The translations under genes were made by a program, and so were the position numbers. 35,119 nucleotides of DNA from Myxococcota bacterium (lineage in GTDB: Bacteria > Myxococcota > XYA12-FULL-58-9 > JABJBS01): contig JAYZAY010000040.1 of the NCBI GenBank assembly GCA_036339465.1, forward strand, positions 1 to 35,119, written 5' to 3'. This document shows, piece by piece, positions 10,931 to 20,622 of the stretch; position 1 is the first letter of the stretch; every line of letters starts with the position of its first letter. The notes under the pieces were generated by a model. The model had not been told where the DNA came from. It did no database searches and saw only the letters and a program-made list of their open reading frames with translations.

Positions 10931-11642
10931 CCCCCTTCCTTTCTAATAAAAATCTTTGAGCCTCTCGGAGGCCGTGGGCAATCCCATTGTGCCACAACCG
11001 CTTAATTGAACTGTCCCAATTAGCGCCCGCACCTTGAACACACCAGCGTACGGAATCTAAAGTTAGCTCAAGAACATCATCGATTTCCCTTTCGTTGACA
11101 AAGCCCGTCGCTGAGAGTGACCCATGAAGATTGGTCCACACTACCCAAGCCACCCGTCGACTTTTCAATGGAGAAACCCCCAATGCCTCCACAATGTCTT
11201 CGGTTCGTCCCCACCATCGCTCCATCACAGTCCAAACCTCTCCTCGGGTTGGTTCGGCGACGAGTTTACGGGGAGCGGTAATAAAAGAATTCATGAGCGC
11301 TGCTCTACCGGAAGCGGCCCCATAAAGTTCTCCATAAGCCGCAGCCACCGCAGCAAGTGTTTCCCACGAGTTTGCACCTGAAGCCTGAAAAGCGCGAGCC
11401 AATACTTGATCCAATTCCTGCACCACCCGAATCGCTAGAATAGCGAGAATCTCGTTCTTCGAAACAAAATGCTTATAAAGTGCTGCCGCTGAAATATTGA
11501 GCGCCTTGGCCAAAGCCGGCATCGTAAGCCCCTCTAAGCCCTGCTCTCCAATAATTTGAGTTGCCATCCAAAGGATATGTTCCCGGCGCTGGCCGTGTTT
11601 TCCGCGATTCGTTGTGGGGTTCAAAGAAATGGGTGCCTTCAT
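10893..11642 (-). CDS. TetR/AcrR-family transcriptional regulator
   Basis: HTH GLEGLTMPALAKALNISAAALYKHFVSKNEIL; C-terminal WTNLHG (WHG-like). Confidence 0.9.
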   Translation of the reverse strand: MKAPISLNPTTNRGKHGQRREHILWMATQIIGEQGLEGLTMPALAKALNISAAALYKHFVSKNEILAILAIRVVQELDQVLARAFQASGANSWETLAAVAAAYGELYGAASGRAALMNSFITAPRKLVAEPTRGEVWTVMERWWGRTEDIVEALGVSPLKSRRVAWVVWTNLHGSLSATGFVNEREIDDVLELTLDSVRWCVQGAGANWDSSIKRLWHNGIAHGLREAQRFLLERKGGMVTVTDTVIFP

Positions 11643-11676
11643 AAAATGTTAATCCCATTAACTTTTTATGAAGGCA
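11634..11676. promoter_or_regulatory. 43-bp near-perfect palindrome over the tetR start codon
   Basis: TGCCTTCATAAAATGTTAAT-CCC-ATTAACTTTTTATGAAGGCA, 20-bp arms with 1 mismatch. Confidence 0.65.
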
Positions 11677-12145
11677 ATGCTCTTCCTACTAAAAAATCCA
11701 ATGACAGCTCGATTCGTGGGGAATTCCCATGAACGTAAAAAACAGGATCTACCCTTAAGGCACCGCTTATAGGTATTTTTTGTGGGATTCCCCAAAAGCC
11801 CCAACGATCTGTCATCACGCGAAACAATTATTGGGTCCCTTCAACCCCCTTGAATTCAAACACACCCTCCGCTGGAGTCGTCATGATGGAAACTCCCAGG
11901 CATCATCGAACAGCCCCTGTCACCACAACCAAATCCGTTGTCCACAAGACATTGCCTCCTGCATAAAAAAGAGCGAGTCCCTAGCCCTTCATGTTCTTGA
12001 TGCAAAAGTGATTGATTGTCCCTAGGGCTCATCAGGAGGCTGGTATTGGGAGTCAATGAAAGCGAAAGGTCATGGGAGAGGGCTACCCTCAAGAACTTGG
12101 AAACCCCTTAGGTTTTTTCCTGTCCGCCCACCAAAAGTCGCTCTT

Positions 12146-12169
12146 GCCTTGGCCTTGGCCTTGGCCTAG
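12146..12169. repeat. Hexamer tandem repeat (GCCTTG)x3 + GCCTAG
   Basis: Read directly from the sequence. Confidence 0.7.
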
Positions 12170-12241
12170 TCAATCCAAGTCTACCGACACATTATTCCAT
12201 TTGTTACTGCGTTTTTTTATGAAAAATATCTGTTTTTCTTA

Positions 12242-12268
12242 ACAACATCCTCTTCACCCTGCCGACAA
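12242..12268 (+). promoter_or_regulatory. Possible sigma-28-type promoter
   Basis: GCCGACAA at 12261-12268 (1 mismatch to GCCGATAA); weak -35 (ACAA) 15 bp upstream. Confidence 0.25.
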
Positions 12269-12337
12269 TGGTTCTCGATGTTATCAATTACCCCACTCCA
12301 CCTAGTCTAAAGCTCCAATAAGTAAAGGATCCAGATC

Positions 12338-15049
12338 ATGACCCTCAACGGAATCAAAGCTCCAACTCGAACCGATCGTAACGTAGAAACTTCAGGCAGC
12401 GAAGTTAATTTTTCAACCGACCTTGGTATGGACGGTTATCGCAGTGTGCCCGCCCTTAAGGTCAACGCGCGACATTTTACCGATAGCGCTGCAAAAGACA
12501 TCAAACTCAGCCCTGAGAAGCTTGGCTCTATCGATAGCCTGGAGGCCCTCAAGAAAGTTGTCAGCGAGACATTTGAAGCCAACAAAGATTATCTCGAAGC
12601 TTCAGAGTTTAAGAGTAAGAACGAAACATTGGGTGTAGCTGGCTTACGTAAACAAGCATTCTTCAGCGATCTCGCAAAGACCTTAGGCACCAGCGCTCTT
12701 CCAGAAGACCAACTCGTTGCTGGCGGCAAGCTTTTGCGTATCATGGAAGAAGAAACCTACATGAACAAAGATATCGAATTCGATACAGGTGAACTCGATA
12801 GCTATCACCCCTACGGTCAACCATTTGATAAAGGTGTCCGTAAAATAGAAGGCTTGGCCCCTGAAGGCATCGAACGTGACAATATTACGGGCGAGTTAAA
12901 CTACATTGTTGATCGCAAGACAAAATATGGTTGGGGAAAGCTCAACGAACGCAACGCTGAATCAACACTTGGCCTACGAGTCATCGACCGTGGGAACGAT
13001 GGGCAAGCTATTTCCGTAGCCAAAGACTCCATTGATCCACGACACCCCTCTTATGTCCTCATTAACGTCAATACTGAGAATCTACCCGAGGGATTCGAAG
13101 AACATGCCGATAAAGCGGTTATCCGTGACGATGACAAACTCTTCTTCGATAAAACAGATACGGAAGTACCTGCTGAGTTGGCCGAACACCTTACGGAAAA
13201 AGCGGCATCTGAGACTCTGGGACTCCGAACATTTGAGCCAGACGAACAAGCCCGGGCTAACTTTCCCTACGACTGGAATCGAAATGGTGGGGTTGACGTG
13301 GATCCAATCAACACTGGTTGGTGGGGACATTGTCATATCGAAGCCCCCTTGGCCTCTCTTGATCTCACCGCTGGTTCTGAGGTCACCATATTCGACGCTC
13401 GCTCTAAGAATGTGAAGCATTTTGGCGATACAGACGTTAACGATCTTCTATTCGCCATGATGGACGCTGATCGCTATTCCGACAAGCGTTCCGGGCGTTC
13501 CACAAGCGTTGCCAAAACAAACTTTGTTGGAAACCGAAATGACACCGTCGGCGGTGCCCTACCTGGCGACAAACTTATCCTTGAAACCAACGGCCGAGAA
13601 ATGCCCTTTAGCCTTCGTGTGAAAGAACTCTACGAAGTTGGTGACTCCGAAAAGAAGGTTGACGCGAATGCAATGTTTCAACCAACTGTGGTTACCGAAG
13701 GGATCAAATTTGAGAAAAACCCAAGCTTCAATGGTATCAGAAACACCGATTGGTCCAATATCAATGGTGAGAGAAAAATCGTGGCCGAGATTGAATACCT
13801 CGATATCGGTGCCAACGGTTCTGTGGAGCGAAAAAGCCTCGACATTACCATCGACCCCACAAACCCATCGGATGAGCCTGTTCTCGTTGGAAGCAAGATC
13901 GGACAAGGCTTTCCCGCATCTGTCACTCGGTATTACCTGAATGAGAAAACCGGAAATATCGAAAGCAAAGAATTCAAAGCCAAGAAACAAGACGATGGGA
14001 CCTACAAAGCAGAAGCCACGAGCGATGAAGCCACAATTATAGGAAAAGTCCAAGGTAAGACCCTCACCAGAGAGCTAACCAAAGAAAGCATTATTGAACT
14101 CCATAACCACGTTCTCAATGCCGCCCGCCGTGGTGTTTCTTTTGTTACTGAAAAATCCACTGGTTACATGGTGTGGAACTACGGTACCGATGGCCTTCGT
14201 ATGAACAAAGTCGAGGAAGACGGCGACTTCGTTAAATACAATATTTCCTTAGAAACTCAGGGTGGTACAAAATCCTGGGACTACACTCTAAAGTATGACG
14301 AAACGGGAAACGTGGTTGATGCCCACGGCATCGGTGAACCTGCCGATTTCGTTTGGAGACCCGAAGAATCTATATCTGCGCCATTGGTAAAACATGAAAC
14401 CACCGGTGCAATCCTCTACAACTCAGCTGCACACGAACGAGGCTTCCTCCTCGATGCCGATGGCAGGCTCAGCGCTAAAGGAATGTCCTTTTTCAAATAC
14501 GCAACTGACGTCATTTACGCATCTCTAGCAGACACCACTAAGGAAAATCGCTTCGTGGTCATCGACGATCAAGGTGAAATGTATTTCTATGATGACAAAG
14601 AGGTGTTTGTGAAAGACGTAACCGGCCTAGGCGGTACATCCGAAGCCTTGGAGGAGCAATTACCGAAACCATCTCCAATCATTGAAGAGCTACTTCCAAC
14701 CAATGAAGTTGCCGTGAACACTTCCCCTGCTAGCGAAGAGGCTTCTGAAACTGGCGGAGCGGCTACAAACACTTCTCCTGCTAGCGAAGAGGCTTCTGAA
14801 ACTGGCGAAGCGGCTACAAACACTTCTCCTGCTAGCGAAGAGGCTTCTGAAACCAACGAAGCGGCTACAAACACTTCTCCTGCTAGCGAAGAGGCTTCTG
14901 AAACCAACGAAGCGGCTACAAACACTTCCCCTGCCAGCGAAGAGGCTTCTGAAACCAACGAAGCGGCTACAAACACTTCCCCTGCCAGCGAAGAGGCTTC
15001 TGAAACCAACGAAGCGGCTACAAACACTTCCCCTGCTAGCGAAGAGTAA
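12338..15049 (+). CDS. GP42/TGase_elicitor-like transglutaminase-family protein with N-terminal extension and repeat tail
   Basis: Ordered motifs WWGHCH, FxxxDVxxLL...MMD, FVGNR, ELHNH, SFVT...VWNY, YTLKYDETG, PADFVWRP; AAGGA RBS; no signal peptide. Confidence 0.75.
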   Translation: MTLNGIKAPTRTDRNVETSGSEVNFSTDLGMDGYRSVPALKVNARHFTDSAAKDIKLSPEKLGSIDSLEALKKVVSETFEANKDYLEASEFKSKNETLGVAGLRKQAFFSDLAKTLGTSALPEDQLVAGGKLLRIMEEETYMNKDIEFDTGELDSYHPYGQPFDKGVRKIEGLAPEGIERDNITGELNYIVDRKTKYGWGKLNERNAESTLGLRVIDRGNDGQAISVAKDSIDPRHPSYVLINVNTENLPEGFEEHADKAVIRDDDKLFFDKTDTEVPAELAEHLTEKAASETLGLRTFEPDEQARANFPYDWNRNGGVDVDPINTGWWGHCHIEAPLASLDLTAGSEVTIFDARSKNVKHFGDTDVNDLLFAMMDADRYSDKRSGRSTSVAKTNFVGNRNDTVGGALPGDKLILETNGREMPFSLRVKELYEVGDSEKKVDANAMFQPTVVTEGIKFEKNPSFNGIRNTDWSNINGERKIVAEIEYLDIGANGSVERKSLDITIDPTNPSDEPVLVGSKIGQGFPASVTRYYLNEKTGNIESKEFKAKKQDDGTYKAEATSDEATIIGKVQGKTLTRELTKESIIELHNHVLNAARRGVSFVTEKSTGYMVWNYGTDGLRMNKVEEDGDFVKYNISLETQGGTKSWDYTLKYDETGNVVDAHGIGEPADFVWRPEESISAPLVKHETTGAILYNSAAHERGFLLDADGRLSAKGMSFFKYATDVIYASLADTTKENRFVVIDDQGEMYFYDDKEVFVKDVTGLGGTSEALEEQLPKPSPIIEELLPTNEVAVNTSPASEEASETGGAATNTSPASEEASETGEAATNTSPASEEASETNEAATNTSPASEEASETNEAATNTSPASEEASETNEAATNTSPASEEASETNEAATNTSPASEE
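14717..15046 (+). repeat. 51-bp coding tandem repeat, about 6.5 copies (NTSPASEEASETNEAAT)
   Basis: Six full units plus an 8-codon partial unit, near-identical at DNA level. Confidence 0.97.
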
Positions 15050-15142
15050 TCGGAAACCGATGAAGTTGACGATTTATCATCTTGAAAAATGCTAAATCGT
15101 GATTTCACGATTCCAAACATTCGCTAATTTGAGGGTTAAATC

Positions 15143-16054
15143 ATGACATCAAGTAATTCATCTAAATTAAGGTCTAAAATGCTACGAGACCAATTAGCGT
15201 CTATCGATGAACGTTATTTGGAACGTCCTATGAGCCACCCATTCTCAGCTCAAATCGAGATTGGGTTTGGTTCTTTTGATGAGCTCTTTACCCTTATTAA
15301 AAATGACAATACCGACATCGCAACCCGGGCACTTGCCATTCAAGCTCTCGGAGTGATTCTGAAAAGTCAGGGCCAAGACCCCGTCGCGACTTCACTACTT
15401 ATCCATTATGCCACCGAGAAAAACGGTCCCCAACTTCTAAGAACTGAAGCAGGTAAAGCGTTGTTGGTCGCCGAAAACCCTGACTTTATAGAAGCATTTC
15501 TCTCTCGTTTGGGAAACGCGAATCCTGCCATCGCCGAAGCCGCTGCGCATGCAATGGGAGTCGCCAGGTGTCATAGAGCCATTGAGCCACTCATTGAACT
15601 CTTCGCCAAATCCGACGCTATTACAGTGCAATCGGAAGCCGCTTGGGCCTTAGGAGAAATCGGTGATGAACGTGCGTTGGAAATCCTTGAAGCCTCATTT
15701 ATGTCAGAGCGATGCTTGATCCCCGTGATCGTCGCTTTGGGAAAAATGGGCAACGAAGCCACCATGGGTCTGCTCACCATTGCCCTTAGAGATACTGATT
15801 TTTCTATCCGATTGTCTGCCTCCGAGGCCATCTATGCAATCTTAGAGCGGTACAATGGCAATAATCATGGCGGATTATACTCTTATCTAGAAGCTGCACT
15901 CACAGTAGAAAAAGAGCCCAAAGTCGCGGTCGTCTTAATTGCTTGCATAAGACAACTCGGTCATATTCCCCCCAAAGCATTGCTTCAAAGGTCACTTGCC
16001 ACAGGGTCCAGGCGAAGACCACTTCAAAGTTTCACCAAGAAACACGCTCCTTAA
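15143..16054 (+). CDS. HEAT-repeat (PBS-lyase-like) protein
   Basis: Repeats EAAAHAMG, SEAAWALGEIGDERALEIL, VIVALGKMG, IRLSASEAI; GAGG RBS. Confidence 0.85.
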   Translation: MTSSNSSKLRSKMLRDQLASIDERYLERPMSHPFSAQIEIGFGSFDELFTLIKNDNTDIATRALAIQALGVILKSQGQDPVATSLLIHYATEKNGPQLLRTEAGKALLVAENPDFIEAFLSRLGNANPAIAEAAAHAMGVARCHRAIEPLIELFAKSDAITVQSEAAWALGEIGDERALEILEASFMSERCLIPVIVALGKMGNEATMGLLTIALRDTDFSIRLSASEAIYAILERYNGNNHGGLYSYLEAALTVEKEPKVAVVLIACIRQLGHIPPKALLQRSLATGSRRRPLQSFTKKHAP

Positions 16055-16160
16055 CCTGAGCACCCGTTCTATTCAGCAATCCTATTTCCGCATTATGAAA
16101 AGGGCTGATGTCGACATGCGCTAAAATCCAACAAAAAACTACGCTCCTGAAGCTCTTACA

Positions 16161-16195
16161 ACAAGTGCACAACAGCGAGGCCCCATTGCACTTGT
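16161..16195. terminator. Inverted repeat between convergent genes
   Basis: ACAAGTGCA-N17-TGCACTTGT. Confidence 0.35.
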
Positions 16196-16228
16196 AATCA
16201 CGTTTTAAGCCCCGCGGAATAAGCGCCC

Positions 16229-19200
16229 CTAAGTCGTCATATTGCCTTTATTCTCGGTTGATACACCGAATAGACTCTTAAGAGATAGGCCAATATCATC
16301 TAAAACGAGATAAACCGCTGGCACTAAAATCAAGGTAATGACCGTCGCAAAAAGAACACCAAAGCCCAAACTGATAGCCATCGGGACCAAGAACTTCGCC
16401 TGCACGGAGCTTTCTAGAATCATCGGCAGCAAACCAAAACAAGTCGTGACCGAAGTTAGTAAAATTGGACGAAATCGACGAATACCACCAGCAATCACAG
16501 CCTCATAAGCCGACAAACCGGATTCTCGTGCTCTATCAATGGCCACGATAAGGATCAGAGAATCATTGACCACAACTCCTGAGAGAGCGACGATCCCCAT
16601 CATGCTAATGAGACTTAAATTGTATCCCATAACCACATGTCCCACAATGGCACCCACTAGGCCAAATGGTATCGCCAACATGATGATAATGGGTCTAGTG
16701 TAGCTCTTGAAAGCCACCGAAAGAAGAGCAAACATAGCAAACATGGCCATAATCCCACCATCCGCCAGGCTTCTGAGAGTCCGTTTTTGATTACTTTGTT
16801 CACTGCCGAGACTGTAGGTAAGACCAGGAAATTGTTTTTTGAGTTCGGGCATGAAATCTTGAGTGATTTTTCTCACTATCTTCTGGGCATTTCCCACCCC
16901 TTGAATCACGTCGGCAGAAACAGTAACCACTCTCCGGCTATCCACCCGGGAGATGCTTGTATAGGCTCTTCCTCTTCCGATATTCGCCGCACTCGCCAGA
17001 GGAAATTCCCCTCCATTGGGTGTCCGTAACATTATTTCCTCAATATCATATTCGGACCGTCTCTCCTCACGAGGCAAACGCACATAGACCCTTACCTCAT
17101 CACGACCACGCTGCTGCCTCAGCGCTTCCGCGCCAAAGAAAACAGACCTCAGTTGCCGAGCCAACGACATTTCCGTAAGCCCCATACTGCGCCCTTCTGG
17201 CTTTAATTGAAGGTCAAGCTGTTCTTTACCTGGATAGAAGCCATCATCCACGTCCCGCGTGCCCTCGATGGTTTCTATCTTTTCCGCTAAGGCTTCTGCT
17301 GCTTTTTCAAGGATATGCATATCCGCATGGCTTACTCGAATATCCACTGCCTTAGCACTACCATGGCCCGTGCTGGAACGAAAATCTAGGCTTTCGACCC
17401 CAGCGACGGAGCCAATTTTTTTACGCCATTTTTTGGAGAATCCCCGCGCCGTTGTTTTTCTCAAATCCGAACGCACAAGATAGATTGAAACTTGACCAAT
17501 ATGGCTGGCGACACTTCCCCGACGTCCTCTGGGAGATCCGAATCCTCCACCGGTGCTTCCAATTTCAGTAAAGATGCCCTGGGTTATATCTGTCTCACCG
17601 GACTCACCTAAAACCTCTTCTGCACTCTTTAACATATGTTTGACCACGCGCTCTGTTTCCGCAACATCGGTGCCAAAGGGCATTCGAACTTTGGCCACCA
17701 CCCGATCACTTTCGACCCTCGGCAGGAAGGTGAACTCTACTCTCTCTCCGGCCACCAGTCCTATGGCTCCGAAAAACAGCATGATGCAGAAGGCAATGGT
17801 AGCATAGCGATATGTCAGCCACCGCTTAATCGCGGGTGCATATTTCGTTTGGATAAATCGGTCCAATCCATCGGCGAACCTTTGTTGAAAACGGTCCAGT
17901 CCGGCCAAGATTCCTGTTTTCTTCAGAGGTGTGGAATGGGCAAGGTGAGAGGGAAGGATCAGCAAGGATTCCACCAAACTCAGGAGCAATACAATGATAA
18001 CCACCCATGGAATCACCCGGAAAAACTTCCCGGAGGCCCCGGGCACAAAGAGCATGGGGGTGAAGGCAATGACCGTAGTCAATACGGCAAAAATAACAGG
18101 TTGCGCAACCTCACGGGCACCCTTTATGGCCGCTTGAAGTGGAGACATACCGTCTTCACGGTTTTTGTGGATGGCCTCCCCAACGACGATCGCATCGTCA
18201 ACAACAATACCTAAAGTAATGATGTATGCGAAGAGCGAGATCATATTCAAGGACACATCGACAAATGGCAGAAAAATCACCGAGCCCAAAAATGAAATTG
18301 GGATCCCAAGAGTCACCCAAAAAGCAAGTTTCCTATTTAGGAAGAGACCTAAGCTAAGTAGCACGAGAAACAGTCCCAATTTGCCATTATTCAAGAGAAG
18401 TTCCGTTCTTTCTTCAAGTCTCCGGGAGCTATCTGCCCAGGTCGCTAGCTGAATACCTGGTGGTAAGAGACCTGCTTTATCCTTGATGTAATTCTTCACT
18501 GCTTTTGCGACGACCATGGGTTTCTGGTCACCTACTGAGCTAATTTGTACCATGGCGGCGGGCTGACCATTAAAGAAGGCAGATTGGTCGGTTTCCTTAA
18601 ATCCATCGTTAACCGTGGCCACATCCCCTACTTTTACGATCGTACCATCAGGTTGACTCAAAAGGACAATATCCCCAAACTCACTGCCCATCGATTTACG
18701 CTCTGTGGTGCGTACCAAGATCTCTCCTCCTGCGGTTTTGATGCCGCCGCTAGGAACTTCGATGGAGGCTTCCCGGATCCGACGAGCAATGCCTTCGACC
18801 GTTAGGCCATACTCCCTTAACTTGCTCCGAGGCACATTGATGGTCACTTCCAATGGCCGCACGGCGGCAAGCTCTGCGAGCGTGATATTTGGTTCTTCAA
18901 GTAAGTCGTCTCTTATGTTTTGGGCAAGGTCTCGGAGCTCCCTCTCGGAACGCTGTCCATAAACCACGAGAGAGATCACGCGTCCACGGTTGCTCGCTAA
19001 GCTAATCACGGGTCTTTCTATATCCTCGGGCAGCGTAACAATGCGGTCCACCGCGCTTTTGATGTCATTGAGAGCGCGGCTGGTATTGATTCCTGCCATG
19101 AGTTCTACGACCACAACTCCGGAGCCTTCTGAGGCGGTGGATCGAAGCTCCAAAATACCATCAACTTCCCTAACCGCTTCCTCAACCGCCAAGATGACAC

Positions 19201-19408
19201 CCTGCTCGACTTCCGATGGGCTCGCCCCCGGGTATGGAATATTGATCAACACCATCTCTAATTCGAATTGAGGAAAAACTTCCCATTTCACCTTATCTAC
19301 AAAGAGAATCCCACCTACCACCAGAAGAAACATGAGTAGATTTGATGCCACCGGGTTGTTGGCCATCCATCCAAGCATGCCCTTTGTGTCAACTGGTTCA
19401 TGACTCAT
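16229..19408 (-). CDS. RND efflux permease (AcrB/AcrD/AcrF family)
   Basis: 1059 aa, YPGASPSEVE, GIVVDDAIVVGE, GVVVNDSLIL, RFRPILLTS, 12-TM layout. Confidence 0.96.
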   Translation of the reverse strand: MSHEPVDTKGMLGWMANNPVASNLLMFLLVVGGILFVDKVKWEVFPQFELEMVLINIPYPGASPSEVEQGVILAVEEAVREVDGILELRSTASEGSGVVVVELMAGINTSRALNDIKSAVDRIVTLPEDIERPVISLASNRGRVISLVVYGQRSERELRDLAQNIRDDLLEEPNITLAELAAVRPLEVTINVPRSKLREYGLTVEGIARRIREASIEVPSGGIKTAGGEILVRTTERKSMGSEFGDIVLLSQPDGTIVKVGDVATVNDGFKETDQSAFFNGQPAAMVQISSVGDQKPMVVAKAVKNYIKDKAGLLPPGIQLATWADSSRRLEERTELLLNNGKLGLFLVLLSLGLFLNRKLAFWVTLGIPISFLGSVIFLPFVDVSLNMISLFAYIITLGIVVDDAIVVGEAIHKNREDGMSPLQAAIKGAREVAQPVIFAVLTTVIAFTPMLFVPGASGKFFRVIPWVVIIVLLLSLVESLLILPSHLAHSTPLKKTGILAGLDRFQQRFADGLDRFIQTKYAPAIKRWLTYRYATIAFCIMLFFGAIGLVAGERVEFTFLPRVESDRVVAKVRMPFGTDVAETERVVKHMLKSAEEVLGESGETDITQGIFTEIGSTGGGFGSPRGRRGSVASHIGQVSIYLVRSDLRKTTARGFSKKWRKKIGSVAGVESLDFRSSTGHGSAKAVDIRVSHADMHILEKAAEALAEKIETIEGTRDVDDGFYPGKEQLDLQLKPEGRSMGLTEMSLARQLRSVFFGAEALRQQRGRDEVRVYVRLPREERRSEYDIEEIMLRTPNGGEFPLASAANIGRGRAYTSISRVDSRRVVTVSADVIQGVGNAQKIVRKITQDFMPELKKQFPGLTYSLGSEQSNQKRTLRSLADGGIMAMFAMFALLSVAFKSYTRPIIIMLAIPFGLVGAIVGHVVMGYNLSLISMMGIVALSGVVVNDSLILIVAIDRARESGLSAYEAVIAGGIRRFRPILLTSVTTCFGLLPMILESSVQAKFLVPMAISLGFGVLFATVITLILVPAVYLVLDDIGLSLKSLFGVSTENKGNMTT

Positions 19409-20622
19409 TTTTCTTCACCGATATCCTTTTTGGCCTGGGCGCCCGAAGAGGTGGGTTGCTTCTCCATAGCCTTGAGCAAAGTCCCACCGATGGGACGATG
19501 AATACGACTAACAATGATACGTTCGGCGGCCTTAATGCCTTGGGTTACGAATACCGAATCCTTAGACCGCCACATGATAGAAACTTTTCTTAACTCCAAT
19601 CGATTCTTGTTGTTCATAATGAGAACCATAGAGCCTTCTTGAACCGCACGTCGCGGGATCTCAATGGCATTGGTCATGGTTTTCCCTTTTATCTTCGCAT
19701 GGACATAACCACCGAGTAACATGGGAAGCTTTGAACCCTCTGGTGATTTAAGTGCGAGGGGGTCTTCAATTTCAATGAGTATTTGGGCCATCCTTCCGGT
19801 GGGGTCCAGAGATCCTGCTAATTGCAAGACCCGACCCTCACGTTCAATTTTACTGGCCCCTACCTCCTGCCAGATCTTGACGGTCGACCCCTTCTGGCCC
19901 TTCTTCGGAAAATCGACCCACTGGAGTTTATCGGTGGGTACCTTGACATTGACCCAAAAACGGTCGGAACCCACAAAATTCCCAAATGCCATTTGTGGCG
20001 TAACCACTTGGCCCACGTCTGCGTTTTGTCTTTCCACAAAACCGTTGAATGGAGCCCGAATGATCGTGCGATCCAAGTTAAGTTGTGCTTTTTGTAACCC
20101 ACTCTCGGCCGCCATCAAATTCATTTGGGCCGCGGCCAATTGAGGTTCCCGGAGGGCGAGGCTGTTTTTTTCCTTTTTCTCTTGTTTCATGAGGGACCAT
20201 TCTCGTTCTGCGACTCTCTTGCGCCCCAACTCCACTTGTAAATCAAGTCTAGCCCGACCCAAAGACGCTTGCTGCTGCTTAAGCGCGATTTCGTAATCAC
20301 GTCCGTCGAGTCTGGCCAACTGAGCCCCTTTTTCTAAACGACCACCGGCGATCAAATTTCTGCTTTTCCACACCAACCGACCTGAAACTTCCGCTCTCAA
20401 ATCAATTTTTTGAGCAGCAATCGTGTTGCCTTGGGTCTCGATAATAATCGGTATGTCTTCCGACACCGCTCTTACCACATCGACGACCAAGGGATTTTCT
20501 TTCTCTTTTCTCTTCTCCGCTTCCGGCCGTGTTGACCGAAGGGATGCAAAAATAAAGACACCCACAAGTATAAATAAAAGAGGGAGCCCGATGGCTTTTA
20601 TCTGTGACTTTTGTTCACTCAT
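19405..20622 (-). CDS. RND periplasmic adaptor (membrane fusion protein)
   Basis: N-terminal anchor, LRAEVSG, IRAPFNG lipoyl halves, coiled hairpin; ATGA overlap with neighbours. Confidence 0.95.
   Translation of the reverse strand: MSEQKSQIKAIGLPLLFILVGVFIFASLRSTRPEAEKRKEKENPLVVDVVRAVSEDIPIIIETQGNTIAAQKIDLRAEVSGRLVWKSRNLIAGGRLEKGAQLARLDGRDYEIALKQQQASLGRARLDLQVELGRKRVAEREWSLMKQEKKEKNSLALREPQLAAAQMNLMAAESGLQKAQLNLDRTIIRAPFNGFVERQNADVGQVVTPQMAFGNFVGSDRFWVNVKVPTDKLQWVDFPKKGQKGSTVKIWQEVGASKIEREGRVLQLAGSLDPTGRMAQILIEIEDPLALKSPEGSKLPMLLGGYVHAKIKGKTMTNAIEIPRRAVQEGSMVLIMNNKNRLELRKVSIMWRSKDSVFVTQGIKAAERIIVSRIHRPIGGTLLKAMEKQPTSSGAQAKKDIGEEK

Noticed and set aside
11940..12040. Minus-strand LLMSP...GLALFYAGGNVL resembling an Amt ammonium transporter motif
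   Set aside because: Short, split across frames, and no further Amt-like sequence; could be chance
14717..15046. Regular repeats resembling a CRISPR array
   Set aside because: Units are contiguous with no unique spacers, are in frame within a CDS, and no cas genes are present
14587..15120. 177-aa minus-strand repetitive ORF
   Set aside because: Antisense shadow of the coding repeat
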